29,115 nt of DNA from a virus (taxonomy: Duplodnaviria > Caudoviricetes), in the IMG/VR virus record IMGVR_UViG_3300006428_000006, positions 1 through 29,115 of that record. One strand, given 5' to 3'. Below, piece by piece: positions 8,596 to 18,047 of the stretch. The notes below the pieces were generated by a model. That model was not told where the DNA came from and did not search any database. It saw only the letters and a program-made list of their open reading frames with translations. A program made the translations under genes and the position numbers. Position 1 is the stretch's first letter. Every line of letters starts with the position of its first letter.

Positions 8596-10308
8596 ATGGA
8601 CGAACGGGCCAGGCAATACCTCGAGCGCTTTGCGCAACTCAAAGCCGACCGCCAGACATGGGAAACCAGGTGGGAGGATTTGATCACCTACGTGATGCCC
8701 AGGAAGGGTTTCATGACGGGCAGCACGTCCAACAAGCCCACGGACGCCGCCAAGAACGACACCAGTAAGATTTTCAACTCCACGGCCACCACCGCGTTGC
8801 GTCGTCTGGCGGCCGGCATGCAGAGCGGCTTGACCAGCCCCATGCAGCCCTGGTTCCGGCTGACACTGGCCGATGCCGACCTTGCGGCCCTGGGGGCGGT
8901 AAAGGCGTGGCTGCAGGCCGTGGAGAAGCGCATTTACTTGGCCCTGGCCAAGGGCGGATTCTATGCCGCGGCGCACAGCATCTTCGCCGAGCTTGGATGC
9001 TTCGGCAATGGCTGCATGTTCGAGGGAGAATCCGACACCACCCTCATCAACTTTCGCCCCTTCACCATCGGAGAATATTTCCTGGCCGCCGGCCCCAACG
9101 GGGACATTGACACGGTCAACCGCCTGACCTGGTGGACGGCCAAGACCATGGTCCAGGAATGGGGCGATGCTTGCCCGCAGCGTGTGCAGGCCCTGGCCCA
9201 GTCTCAGCCCTACGAATATAGCCGCGTGCTCCATGTCGTGCAGCCCAGGGCGCAGAGAGACCCTAACAGCGCAGCGGCCCAGGATATGCCTTTCGAATCG
9301 GTCTGGGTCTCGTATGATGACCAGGAAATCCTGGCCGAAGGCGGATTTCGGGTCATGCCCTACATGGTATCCCGCTGGGACACCACTGGTTCGGAGGTCT
9401 ACGGGCGGGGGCAGGCTGAGGACATCCTTCCGGACATCAAGATGCTCCAGGAGATGGAGAAGACCCAGCTCAAGGCCCTGCACAAGATGGCGGACCCGCC
9501 CCTTTTGGCTCCGTCTTCGCTCAAGGGAATGGGTGGCATCAACACCTTTCCCAGTGGGATCACCTACACCGAACAGGGTGGGAAGGACGCGATGGGGCCG
9601 CTGTACCAGGTCAATTTCGACGTGCAGAACACCAGCGTCAAGATCAGGGAACTTGAAGAACGGATCGGTCAGGGGTTTTTTAATGACGTCTTCCTGATGC
9701 TGCTGCAGCAGCCGAACATGACCGCTACCGAGGTCATGGAGCGAAGCGAAGAAAAGATTCTCATGCTCGGGCCGGTCATCGAACGCCAGCAGACGGAACT
9801 GCTTGATCCGACCATCACCCGCACCTTCGACATCCTCTGGCATCGCGGCCGCAACGTGGATGGCACTGTGGTCAATCCGTCCGAAGTCGTTTTGCCCGAT
9901 CCTCCCCAGGAAATTCAAGGTGCCCCCATCAAGGTCGAATACATCGGCTTGTTGTCCCAGGCCCAGCGCATGGCCGGGGCCGATGGCATGAACAGGTTCT
10001 TCCAGGTTGTTTCCCCCATGGCACAGCTGTCTCCAACTGTCCTGGATAAGCTCGACCTGGACAAGGCCATTGATGAATACGCTTCCGCCTACAACGTGCC
10101 GGCCGAGATCGTGCGCCCCGATGATGAGGTGGCGCAACGGCGTCAGGCCCAGGCCCAGGCGCAGCAAGAGCAACAGCAAGCCCTGGCCGCCCAACAGCAG
10201 GCCGAAACGGCCCAAACACTTGCCCAGGCTGACATGAGCAAGCCCAATGCGCTGACCGCCATGATGGCCCAGCAACAGGGCCAGGGCCAACAGGGGACGC
10301 CGCAATGA
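8596..10308 (+). CDS. Portal protein (head-tail connector, T7 gp8/BPP-1-like)
   Basis: LAAGMQSGLTSPMQPWFRL, FGNGCMF, RWDTTGSEVYGRG, MTATEVMERSEEKILMLGPVIER motifs; Gln-rich C-terminus. Confidence 0.93.
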   Translation: MDERARQYLERFAQLKADRQTWETRWEDLITYVMPRKGFMTGSTSNKPTDAAKNDTSKIFNSTATTALRRLAAGMQSGLTSPMQPWFRLTLADADLAALGAVKAWLQAVEKRIYLALAKGGFYAAAHSIFAELGCFGNGCMFEGESDTTLINFRPFTIGEYFLAAGPNGDIDTVNRLTWWTAKTMVQEWGDACPQRVQALAQSQPYEYSRVLHVVQPRAQRDPNSAAAQDMPFESVWVSYDDQEILAEGGFRVMPYMVSRWDTTGSEVYGRGQAEDILPDIKMLQEMEKTQLKALHKMADPPLLAPSSLKGMGGINTFPSGITYTEQGGKDAMGPLYQVNFDVQNTSVKIRELEERIGQGFFNDVFLMLLQQPNMTATEVMERSEEKILMLGPVIERQQTELLDPTITRTFDILWHRGRNVDGTVVNPSEVVLPDPPQEIQGAPIKVEYIGLLSQAQRMAGADGMNRFFQVVSPMAQLSPTVLDKLDLDKAIDEYASAYNVPAEIVRPDDEVAQRRQAQAQAQQEQQQALAAQQQAETAQTLAQADMSKPNALTAMMAQQQGQGQQGTPQ

Positions 10309-10691
10309 CGTTTGAAAGCGATGTGCTGGCTGACGATGCGCGCCAGGCCAAGGAGTCCAGGATTGCCGCCGAGACCAAGGAGAAACAACGGCTTGAGGAC
10401 TACCATCGCACGTTTCTGGGCTCTCCCCACGGCTGGCGTGTGCTGCAGGACCTTCTTGGCGTGACGGCCGTGCTTGGTTCGGCTTTCAACGGAAATTCCC
10501 GGGACATCTACAACCAGGGCCGGCGATCCGTGGGCATGCACCTTTTGGAAACGCTCGGCATCAACACGCCCGAGGGCATGATGCTGGCGGCTGTGCGGGG
10601 GGCCATCCATGACCCTGCGATGCGCCGGCTTTTGGCTGACGATTTGAAAACAGCAACCCAGAAAATCGAAGAGGAAGAACAACATGGCTGA
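10305..10691 (+). CDS. Bbp19-like phage protein
   Basis: YHRTFLGSPHGWRVLQDLL...YNQGRRSVGMHLL pattern; located between portal and scaffold. Confidence 0.7.
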   Translation: MTFESDVLADDARQAKESRIAAETKEKQRLEDYHRTFLGSPHGWRVLQDLLGVTAVLGSAFNGNSRDIYNQGRRSVGMHLLETLGINTPEGMMLAAVRGAIHDPAMRRLLADDLKTATQKIEEEEQHG

Positions 10692-11349
10692 CACCGACAC
10701 GCTGACCACGCCGCAGGGTGACACCGGAGCGGGGACGCAGAGCGGAGGACAAGCCGGCGCTTCGACCACGACGCCGCAGCAGCAGGGCCAGCAGCAGACG
10801 CAGACGACGGACCCGGGTCAAACGGCCCAGTCCGGAGGGCAGCAGACCCAGGGCACGGCGACGGGACAGGCCGGCGATAGCACAGGGCAGCAGCAGGGAC
10901 AGGAACCGCAGTACACCTGGACGGCTCCGGAAGACCTCAAATCCATCCACCTTGATGAAAAGGGGATCGAAGGCTTTCGGCAGTTCGCCAAGGCCCAGGG
11001 CATGACCCCGAAGCAGTTTCAGGCATCCCTGGAAATGTACGCTCGTCAGACCCAGGAGACGTTTAAGGCGTTCGAGGCCTCCAATCAGGCCAACGTCGAG
11101 TCTTTGGCCAAGGAATGGGGCGGCGACTACGACAGCCGCATTTCCGTGGCCAAGAAGGGCCTGGAGGCGTTCGCGGACAAGGACGTGCTTGCCGTTCTCG
11201 AGAAGTCCGGGGCGGCCTTCCACCCGGCCATCGTCAAGATGTTCGAACGGATCGGCAAGGCCGTGTCCGAGGACAAGGCCAAGGGGAAAGGCGCTCCGGG
11301 TGGGGCCGCTGAAAAGAACGTGGCCGACATCCTGTACCCGTCCAAATAA
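10684..11349 (+). CDS. Capsid scaffolding/assembly protein
   Basis: T/Q/G low-complexity N-terminus, LAKEWGGDYD...HPAIVKMFERIGKAVSED, ends ADILYP; directly upstream of the capsid gene. Confidence 0.8.
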   Translation: MADTDTLTTPQGDTGAGTQSGGQAGASTTTPQQQGQQQTQTTDPGQTAQSGGQQTQGTATGQAGDSTGQQQGQEPQYTWTAPEDLKSIHLDEKGIEGFRQFAKAQGMTPKQFQASLEMYARQTQETFKAFEASNQANVESLAKEWGGDYDSRISVAKKGLEAFADKDVLAVLEKSGAAFHPAIVKMFERIGKAVSEDKAKGKGAPGGAAEKNVADILYPSK

Positions 11350-11373
11350 CCGTCAACCACCACGAGGTGAACC

Positions 11374-12369
11374 ATGGCCACTCTTGGCAGCAATTTCATC
11401 ACCCTGGCCGACTGGGCCAAGCGGTTGGACCCTGACGGCAAAATCGATGCCGTGGCCGAACTGCTCAACCTGACCAACCCCGTCCTGGATGACATGCCTT
11501 TCGTTCAGGGCAACCTGCCCACCGGGCACAAAACCACCGTGCGCACCGGCCTGCCCTCGGCCACCTGGCGCATGCTCAACTACGGCGTGCAGCCCTCCAA
11601 GAGCTCGACCGCGCAGGTCACCGACTCGTGCGGCATGCTCGAGGCCTATGCCGAGGTGGACAAGGCCCTGGCCGATCTCAACGGCAACACGTCGGCTTTC
11701 CGGCTCTCCGAAGACCGGGCCTTCATCGAAGCCATGAACCAGTCCATGGCGTCCTCCGTGTTCTACGGCAACACCGCCGTGAACCCCGAACGCTTCCTTG
11801 GCTTGGCCCCGCGCTACAATGCTCTGTCGGGCTCCCAGTCCGCCGGGAACGTCCTGTCCGGTTCGGGCTCGGGCAGCACCAATACCAGCGTCTGGCTGGT
11901 GTGCTGGGGTGAAAATACCATCCACGGCATCTTCCCCAAGGGGAGCAAGGCCGGCCTGCAGCACAACGACCTGGGGGAAGTGACCCTGGAGGACGCCAAT
12001 GGCGGCAAGTACCAGGGCTACCGGACCCACTACAAGTGGGACATCGGCATGACCGTCCGTGACTGGCGTTACGTCGTGCGCATCGCCAACATCGACGTGG
12101 CCGCACTCACCAAGAACGCCGCCACCGGGGCCGATCTCATCGACCTGATGACCCAGGCCATCGAACTGCTTCCCGAAATCAAAATGGGCCGTCCGGTCTT
12201 CTACTGTTCGCGCACCGTGCGCAGCTTCCTGCGCCGGCAGATCGCCAACAAGGTGGCCGCCTCCACCCTGACCATGGAGCAGGTCTCCGGGAAGCACGTC
12301 GTTTCCTTCGACGGCATTCCGGTCAACCGCTGTGACGCCATTCTCAACACCGAATCGGCCGTCAGCTAA
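11374..12369 (+). CDS. Major capsid protein (BPP-1 Bbp17-like)
   Basis: TLADWAKRLDPDG, GNLPTGHKTTVRTGLP, VRDWRYVVRIANID, FDGIPV motifs; GAGGTG RBS; strongly biased codon use. Confidence 0.92.
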   Translation: MATLGSNFITLADWAKRLDPDGKIDAVAELLNLTNPVLDDMPFVQGNLPTGHKTTVRTGLPSATWRMLNYGVQPSKSSTAQVTDSCGMLEAYAEVDKALADLNGNTSAFRLSEDRAFIEAMNQSMASSVFYGNTAVNPERFLGLAPRYNALSGSQSAGNVLSGSGSGSTNTSVWLVCWGENTIHGIFPKGSKAGLQHNDLGEVTLEDANGGKYQGYRTHYKWDIGMTVRDWRYVVRIANIDVAALTKNAATGADLIDLMTQAIELLPEIKMGRPVFYCSRTVRSFLRRQIANKVAASTLTMEQVSGKHVVSFDGIPVNRCDAILNTESAVS

Positions 12370-12383
12370 ACCACGCCAACACC

Positions 12384-12405
12384 GGGGCCGGCATGAGTCG
12401 GCCCC
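12384..12405 (+). promoter_or_regulatory. GC-rich stem-loop after the capsid gene (partial terminator or mRNA stabiliser)
   Basis: GGGGCCGGC-ATGA-GTCGGCCCC; followed by only TT, so not a strong intrinsic terminator. Confidence 0.5.
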
Positions 12406-12418
12406 TTGGGGAAACGCC

Positions 12419-12808
12419 ATGTACATGGACAAACAGCAGATGTTCTCTGAGGACCAGGCCGTCACGGCGTCGGCCGCCTCCACCAACGTCATCGACCTGG
12501 GGAGCGCCGATGCCGGCCGGTCGAGTCTGGAGGTCTTCGCCCGTGTGTCGGAGGCCTTCAACAACCTGACCAGCTTGGGAGTGAAGCTGCAGACCGCCAC
12601 CGACGCCACCTTCACCACCCCCGTGGACCTCCCCGCGCAGGAGACCGACCTTTTGGCCGCCCTGACCCTGAACAAGGAAATCTTGAAGGCCAAGATGCCG
12701 CAGGGCTGCCTGCGGTACGTGCGGCTCTACTTCACCGTGACCGGCACCGCGCCGACCACGGGCAAAATCACGGCCGGCATCATCCTGGACCGCCAGGCCA
12801 ATCCGTAA
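12419..12808 (+). CDS. Capsid cement/decoration protein (Bbp16-like)
   Basis: MYMDKQQMFSEDQAVTASAASTNVIDLG...LRYVRLYFTVTGTAPTTGKITAGI beta-sandwich pattern right after the capsid gene. Confidence 0.8.
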   Translation: MYMDKQQMFSEDQAVTASAASTNVIDLGSADAGRSSLEVFARVSEAFNNLTSLGVKLQTATDATFTTPVDLPAQETDLLAALTLNKEILKAKMPQGCLRYVRLYFTVTGTAPTTGKITAGIILDRQANP

Positions 12809-12821
12809 GGAGGACTGAATC

Positions 12822-13022
12822 ATGCCCCAGATGAAGGTTCGGGCGTTGAGGCCCTGCTACCTGAATGACCAGCTGTTCGCCGAGGGGCAGGAAGCCGTTT
12901 TGGACCTGCCCGAGGACCATCCCATGCTGGATCATTTCGAGGTGCTGTCGCAGAAGCGGCGCGGCAAGAAGGTCGATCCGGCCGCCGACGAAGATCCCGG
13001 CGAGAATCCGCCGGCCGAATAA
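12822..13022 (+). CDS. Small hypothetical virion-region protein
   Basis: Strong AAGGAGG RBS; 66 aa; followed by a terminator-like hairpin. Confidence 0.7.
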   Translation: MPQMKVRALRPCYLNDQLFAEGQEAVLDLPEDHPMLDHFEVLSQKRRGKKVDPAADEDPGENPPAE

Positions 13023-13029
13023 CAACCCA

Positions 13030-13056
13030 GGGGCCGGTTTCGGCCGGCCCCGTTTC
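13030..13056 (+). terminator. Probable intrinsic terminator/attenuator ending the head operon
   Basis: GGGGCCGGT-TTCG-GCCGGCCCC hairpin (UUCG loop) followed by GTTT; short U-tract suggests read-through into tail genes. Confidence 0.6.
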
Positions 13057-13067
13057 GCGGGGATTCC

Positions 13068-13628
13068 ATGGCCACATCCATCATAGGCATTTGCAACTCG
13101 GCTCTCGCCAAGATCGGCGCGGCGTCCATCTTGTCCCTGACGGATGGATCGGCCCAAGCCTCAAAGTGCAATGAGGCCTTCACGCGGTGCCTCGACGATG
13201 TGTTGCGGCAATATCCTTGGCCTTGCGCCCTGGCCAGGGCCACGCTTGCCCGCTTGGCTGACGCCCCGGCATGGGGGTTCAGCTATGCCTATCAGCTTCC
13301 GCCTGATTGCCTGCGGGTCGTGAAGGTGGCTGGCGATGCCTCGGCAGTTTACCGGATCGAAGGGGCGACCATCGTTTCCGATCTGGAGGCCATCTCCATT
13401 CTCTATGTGCGCCACCTGACGGACATGAACCGGCTGTCGGCGTCCTTGGCCGAAGTCGTGGCCCTGCGGCTCGCTTCGGAGATCGTCTACGCCATATCCG
13501 GCAACGCTACTCAGCAGGAGCTGTTCTACAAGGAATACCTGACGTCCTTGGCCAACGAAAAGCTCTTGGCGGCCCAAGAGCAAGGGGTCGAACAGACCGT
13601 GAACACCTGGTGGACAGACGCGCGATGA
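13068..13628 (+). CDS. Tail tubular protein A / adaptor (T7 gp11-like)
   Basis: ICNSALAKIGA...LRQYPWPCA...WGFSYAYQLPPDCLRV...LALRLASEI-type motifs and gene position. Confidence 0.82.
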   Translation: MATSIIGICNSALAKIGAASILSLTDGSAQASKCNEAFTRCLDDVLRQYPWPCALARATLARLADAPAWGFSYAYQLPPDCLRVVKVAGDASAVYRIEGATIVSDLEAISILYVRHLTDMNRLSASLAEVVALRLASEIVYAISGNATQQELFYKEYLTSLANEKLLAAQEQGVEQTVNTWWTDAR

Positions 13629-15988
13629 GTAAGGTCACCTACATCCAGAACAGCCTGACGGGCGGCGAATTCAGCCCCCGACTTGGTGGCCGGACAGACC
13701 TGGAGAAGTACGCTACCGGGGCCGCTCGGCTGGAAAATTTCATCACGTTGCCGCATGGTGGCATCACGCGGCGGCCTGGCACTCGATTTGTGGCGGCGGC
13801 CAAGTTCAGCGACAAGGCTGCTCGTCTCATCCCTTTCCAATTTTCTGCCAGCCAGACCTATGTCCTGGAATTCGGGGACACGTACATCCGCTTCTTTGCC
13901 GATGCAGGGCAGGTCCTCAATGACACGGGATCGGCTCCTTATGAGATCGAATCCCCCTACGCTGCCGATGACCTGGCGGGGCTATCCTTCGCGCAGTCGG
14001 CAGACGTGCTTTACATCGTACACCAGTCCCACACACCCATGAAGCTCTCGCGCAAGGGGAACACGGACTGGTCCATTGATGTCGTGGAATTCGTTGATGG
14101 CCCCTATCAGGACGAAAACAAGGACGCGTCCATTACCGTGACGCCGTCCGCCACCGGGGAGCTCATCACCAACGGCGGGTTCGATTCCAACCTGAACGGC
14201 TGGACCGACATATCCACAAGCCCTTCCGCCATCGAATGGGATTCTTCCGGCTGGTGCAACCTGATCGGGGATGGCACCAATGTGGCCGGCATCAAACAAA
14301 GCTTTGCCGTGGTCGCTGGCACCGAATATCCCCTGACTTTCACCGTCAAGGCCGGGCCGGTTTCCATGATGCTGGGGACAACGGACGGCGGCGGGGAACT
14401 CATCGCGCAAACTGCCTGCGGCACTGGGGATCAGTCCTTCAAGTTCACGCCCTCTGCCAGTGGGACAGCTTACCTGCGTTTTTTTCACACGGCTGACGCC
14501 TCCATGGCCATTGATGCCGTTTCCTGCCCTCAGGCGAACGCGACTTGCACACTGGTCGCATCCAAGGACCTCTTTGACGCCAAGCAGGTCGGGGCGCTTT
14601 GGCGCATTCGCCACAACAGCACGGTTGGGTACTGCAAAATAACGTCTTTCACCGACCCCACGCACGCTGCGGCCACGATCTTGGAGCCCCTGGGGGCGAC
14701 CACGGCAACTTCCACTTGGCGTGAGGGGGCTTGGTCAGACTTCCGAGGCTACCCCCAGGCGGTCACCTTTCACGAGGGCCGCCTTTGGTTCGGCGGCTCG
14801 GCTGATCAACCTCAGACGGTCTGGGGAAGCGCCAGCAGCGACTATGAAAACTTCACGTCCGGGTCTGATGACGCCGATCCCGTCGTGGTGGAACTGTCCT
14901 CTTCCCAGATCAACAGCATCCGTTGGCTGCGTTCGGGAAGGGCCTTGTTGATCGGGACCATGGGCGGCGAGTGGCGCATGGGGTCCGTGGATTCGGATGC
15001 CGCGTTGACCCCATCTTCGGCCACGGCCCGGCAGGAAACCACCTACGGTTCGGCGGCTATCTCTCCCGCCCAGGTCGGCGGGGTGGTGTTGTTCGTGCAA
15101 CGCTCCGGTCGAAAGCTCCGGGAGATGGCTTACGACTACAACCAGGGTGGTTTCACGGCGACTGATCTTTCCATTTTGGCCGAGCACATCACGGCCGGCG
15201 GCATCGTGGACATGGCTTATGCCCAGGAGCCGGATTCCATTCTCTGGTGCGTCCGTGGGGATGGGATTCTGGTTGGATTCACCTACAACAGGTCCGAGCA
15301 GGTGGTGGGCTGGCACCGTCATCCCATGATAGGAAAGGTCCTGGCAGTGTGCTCCATCACCGCCGGAGACCACGACCAGCTTTGGCTGGTTGTCGAACGC
15401 ACGATGAATGGCCAAGCCGCACGGTACATCGAATTCATGACTCCGCCTTTCGACAGCCAGGACCAGGAAGACAGCATTTTCCTGGACTGCAGCCTGACCT
15501 ACCAGGGAGACAAGGCCACCACGATTTCCGGACTGGAACACCTGGAGGGGCTGGCGGTCGATATCTTGGGCGATGGAGCGGTCATGCCGACACAGACCGT
15601 GGCGTCCGGAGCGGTCACGCTACCCCAAGCCTGTTCCACGGTCCATGTGGGCCTGCATTACGATTCCGTGTTGCAGCCGCTGCGGATAGAGGCCGGCGGG
15701 GACGATGGGACGGCCCAGGCCAAGCTGAAACGCGTCACCAAGGTGGCAGTCCGGTTGTTGCGCTCGCTGGGCCTCCGGTTTGGTCGAGACGAAGCCACCT
15801 TGGTTGATGTTCCCTTCCGCACGCCATCCGACCCCATGGGTTCAGCTCCCGCTCTTTTCACGGGTGACAAGGTCATCATGACCGGCCTGGATTACAGCCG
15901 GGACGGGCAATTCCTGATTGTTCAGGACAAGCCGTTGCCCATGACCATCCTGGCCATCATCTACGAATTGACCACCAACACGATCTAG
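13625..15988 (+). CDS. Tail tubular protein B / nozzle (T7 gp12, P22 gp10-like)
   Basis: ATG 13625 (ATGA overlap); NSLTGGEFSP..GRTDLEKY, GGITRRPGTRFV, AQSADVLYI, YPQAVTFHEGRLWFGG, VVGWHRH motifs. Confidence 0.85.
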   Translation: MSKVTYIQNSLTGGEFSPRLGGRTDLEKYATGAARLENFITLPHGGITRRPGTRFVAAAKFSDKAARLIPFQFSASQTYVLEFGDTYIRFFADAGQVLNDTGSAPYEIESPYAADDLAGLSFAQSADVLYIVHQSHTPMKLSRKGNTDWSIDVVEFVDGPYQDENKDASITVTPSATGELITNGGFDSNLNGWTDISTSPSAIEWDSSGWCNLIGDGTNVAGIKQSFAVVAGTEYPLTFTVKAGPVSMMLGTTDGGGELIAQTACGTGDQSFKFTPSASGTAYLRFFHTADASMAIDAVSCPQANATCTLVASKDLFDAKQVGALWRIRHNSTVGYCKITSFTDPTHAAATILEPLGATTATSTWREGAWSDFRGYPQAVTFHEGRLWFGGSADQPQTVWGSASSDYENFTSGSDDADPVVVELSSSQINSIRWLRSGRALLIGTMGGEWRMGSVDSDAALTPSSATARQETTYGSAAISPAQVGGVVLFVQRSGRKLREMAYDYNQGGFTATDLSILAEHITAGGIVDMAYAQEPDSILWCVRGDGILVGFTYNRSEQVVGWHRHPMIGKVLAVCSITAGDHDQLWLVVERTMNGQAARYIEFMTPPFDSQDQEDSIFLDCSLTYQGDKATTISGLEHLEGLAVDILGDGAVMPTQTVASGAVTLPQACSTVHVGLHYDSVLQPLRIEAGGDDGTAQAKLKRVTKVAVRLLRSLGLRFGRDEATLVDVPFRTPSDPMGSAPALFTGDKVIMTGLDYSRDGQFLIVQDKPLPMTILAIIYELTTNTI

Positions 15989-15996
15989 AGACTGCC

Positions 15997-16449
15997 ATGC
16001 TGCGCACCGAAGTCTTTCACCCTGATCACGCCATGACGATGCAGCTACGGGAAGCCGACGCTGCCTTTGTGGAGGGGTTGGGGCCATTTTCCAGGGCCAT
16101 TGCCCAGAACCTGTCCAGGCATCCGGCCATCACCATCATGTCCGGGCCTGACGTCGTGTGCTGCGGCGGGGTGATCCTGTTTTGGCCGGGCGTGGGCGAA
16201 GCCTGGATGCGCACGAGCCGGCTTGTCGAGTCCTTCCCTCTGTCCGTGCTTCGGACCACCAGGACCTTCCTCAATTCAGCTTTCAAGGCGATGCATTTGC
16301 GCCGCCTGCAGTGCACCGTTCGCCAGGGATACGCCCCGGCCATCAAATGGGCAGAGCATCTTGGATTCGAGCAGGAAGGGATTCTTCGCGCTTTCGGCCC
16401 TGATGGAGCAGACTACGTCATTTTCTCCAGGAGGCAGGCATGGCGTTGA
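15997..16449 (+). CDS. GNAT-fold virion assembly protein (T7 gp13-like position)
   Basis: CCGGV...WPGVGEAW...RRLQCTV...AIKWAEHLGFEQEGILRAFGPDG GNAT-like C-terminus after the nozzle gene. Confidence 0.7.
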   Translation: MLRTEVFHPDHAMTMQLREADAAFVEGLGPFSRAIAQNLSRHPAITIMSGPDVVCCGGVILFWPGVGEAWMRTSRLVESFPLSVLRTTRTFLNSAFKAMHLRRLQCTVRQGYAPAIKWAEHLGFEQEGILRAFGPDGADYVIFSRRQAWR

Positions 16450-18047
16450 ATGTCCCGGCCCTGGCCCGCGGCTATCAGCCGTCTTCGCCCCGGGTTCTCG
16501 TCAAGCATGAGCAGGCCCCTCTGGCCAGTTCGGAAGCCGATCTTTTCGCCGCGCAGCAAGAGGGTCAGCAGTCCCAGGAGTTCGGTCAGGCCGGGGCCAC
16601 GCTGTCGGCGGTGGGAGAAAAGCTGGGCGATATCGTTGAAAGGCAGATAAAACAAAAAGAGTACCTGTATCATACAGAGTCTGCTGTGGGGTATGCAAAG
16701 GGCGGGCAAAACGACCTCCTTGATTTTACCAAAAACCTTTCAGGGAAAGACCCAGAACAGCAATTAAACGATCTCCAAACGAAGCTTGATAAAAGGAAGT
16801 CTGATCTTTTGGTGAGCGCGCCTACCGAGTATGCGCAAAAGTACACTTCTCTTCTCCTTGATCAGACTTCAAATAAGATCATGACCCAGGCAAATATCAT
16901 GGCCTGGAACGCCCGCCAACAATATGGAATAGATTTGATTTCGCAGCGAGACCAGGAAGCGTTGTCCGAGGCGCAACGCGCTAGAACGCCTGATGCTTTG
17001 CAGTCTTCAATGGGTAAAATAGAAACCAATTGGGTCGGAGCTGCGGCAGCTGGTTTTGTGGCTCCGGATGTGGCCCAGAAAAACGCCACCTCCAGCAAAC
17101 AGGATGCCCTGGAACTCAATGTCACCAGCCAGTTGACCGACCCTTCCACCCGCCCATGGATGGTCAAGGCGTGGGAAGCTGGCGACTTCGTGGGGAAGTT
17201 CGATACCGAACGCCTGAAACGTCTTTCCCATCAGGTCCTGGCAGCCAAAAGCGCCATGACCATGGATGAAGCCAGGGCGCAAGCGGATGCGGAAAAGCAG
17301 CTGGCGGGCATCCAGGACAATAACTTCTACCAGTTCTACAGCAAGCTCGGCACGGGGTCTTTTGCCCAGTCCGATGTTTCCCAGGCTGTTGACCGGGGAA
17401 TTCTTCGGCCTGAGCAGGGACGCACCCTGCTGGATAAGATCAATGGAGCGGAAAAGAAGTTCATCCCTGACAAGAACACGCAAATCGACCTCATGCAGAA
17501 GTACACCGGGGGAGATTTGAGCGACCAGGACGTCATTTCAGCGTTCGCTGACGGCCGTATTGATGAATCCGAGGCCAAATACTGGATGGGCAAGAACCGC
17601 AGTGACGAAAATCCGCAGATCAAGGACTCCAAGAACAAGCTCAAGGGGCTTTTGCTGACGGCAAAATCCGGTTCCATGGCCTACGACCAGCAGCTTCAGG
17701 AATTCAACACCGCCACGACGGAAGTGGATGACCTGGTGCAAAGCGGCTTGAAGCCCAGGGATGCCGCCTTGGAGGTGGCCAAACGGCATATCCAGGCCCC
17801 GCCGGCCATTGACGACGCCATTTCCGGTTATTTCGGCGGCCAGACGCCTGACAACATCGATGTCATCAATGGTGCCTATGGCAAGATGATAGAAGACTAC
17901 AGGGCTGGGAAAATAGACCGGCAGACGGTCACCACGCTTTCCACCTCGTTCAAGGATGCCCAGGAAGCCTTGGCGGCCAAGATGAGGCGGATGCAGGACG
18001 CCCAGCGCATGTTCGGTCTCAACCTCGGCAAGCAAGGGGGCCAATAA
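16440..18047 (+). CDS. Putative internal virion (ejection) protein
   Basis: 535-aa helical Q/A/K/D-rich ORF with AGGAGG RBS within the ejection-protein block. Confidence 0.65.
   Translation: MALNVPALARGYQPSSPRVLVKHEQAPLASSEADLFAAQQEGQQSQEFGQAGATLSAVGEKLGDIVERQIKQKEYLYHTESAVGYAKGGQNDLLDFTKNLSGKDPEQQLNDLQTKLDKRKSDLLVSAPTEYAQKYTSLLLDQTSNKIMTQANIMAWNARQQYGIDLISQRDQEALSEAQRARTPDALQSSMGKIETNWVGAAAAGFVAPDVAQKNATSSKQDALELNVTSQLTDPSTRPWMVKAWEAGDFVGKFDTERLKRLSHQVLAAKSAMTMDEARAQADAEKQLAGIQDNNFYQFYSKLGTGSFAQSDVSQAVDRGILRPEQGRTLLDKINGAEKKFIPDKNTQIDLMQKYTGGDLSDQDVISAFADGRIDESEAKYWMGKNRSDENPQIKDSKNKLKGLLLTAKSGSMAYDQQLQEFNTATTEVDDLVQSGLKPRDAALEVAKRHIQAPPAIDDAISGYFGGQTPDNIDVINGAYGKMIEDYRAGKIDRQTVTTLSTSFKDAQEALAAKMRRMQDAQRMFGLNLGKQGGQ

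Noticed and set aside
10690-10910. CAG-rich quasi-repeats in scaffold and portal ends
   Set aside because: Explained by Gln/Thr/Gly low-complexity protein sequence rather than a DNA-level repeat element.
13307-13624. Upstream extensions in the ORF track (also 1741, 2689, 3104, 4279, 5167, 7401, 12332, 19178, 27924)
   Set aside because: They overlap neighbouring genes or lack an RBS; downstream starts with RBS or stop/start coupling fit better.
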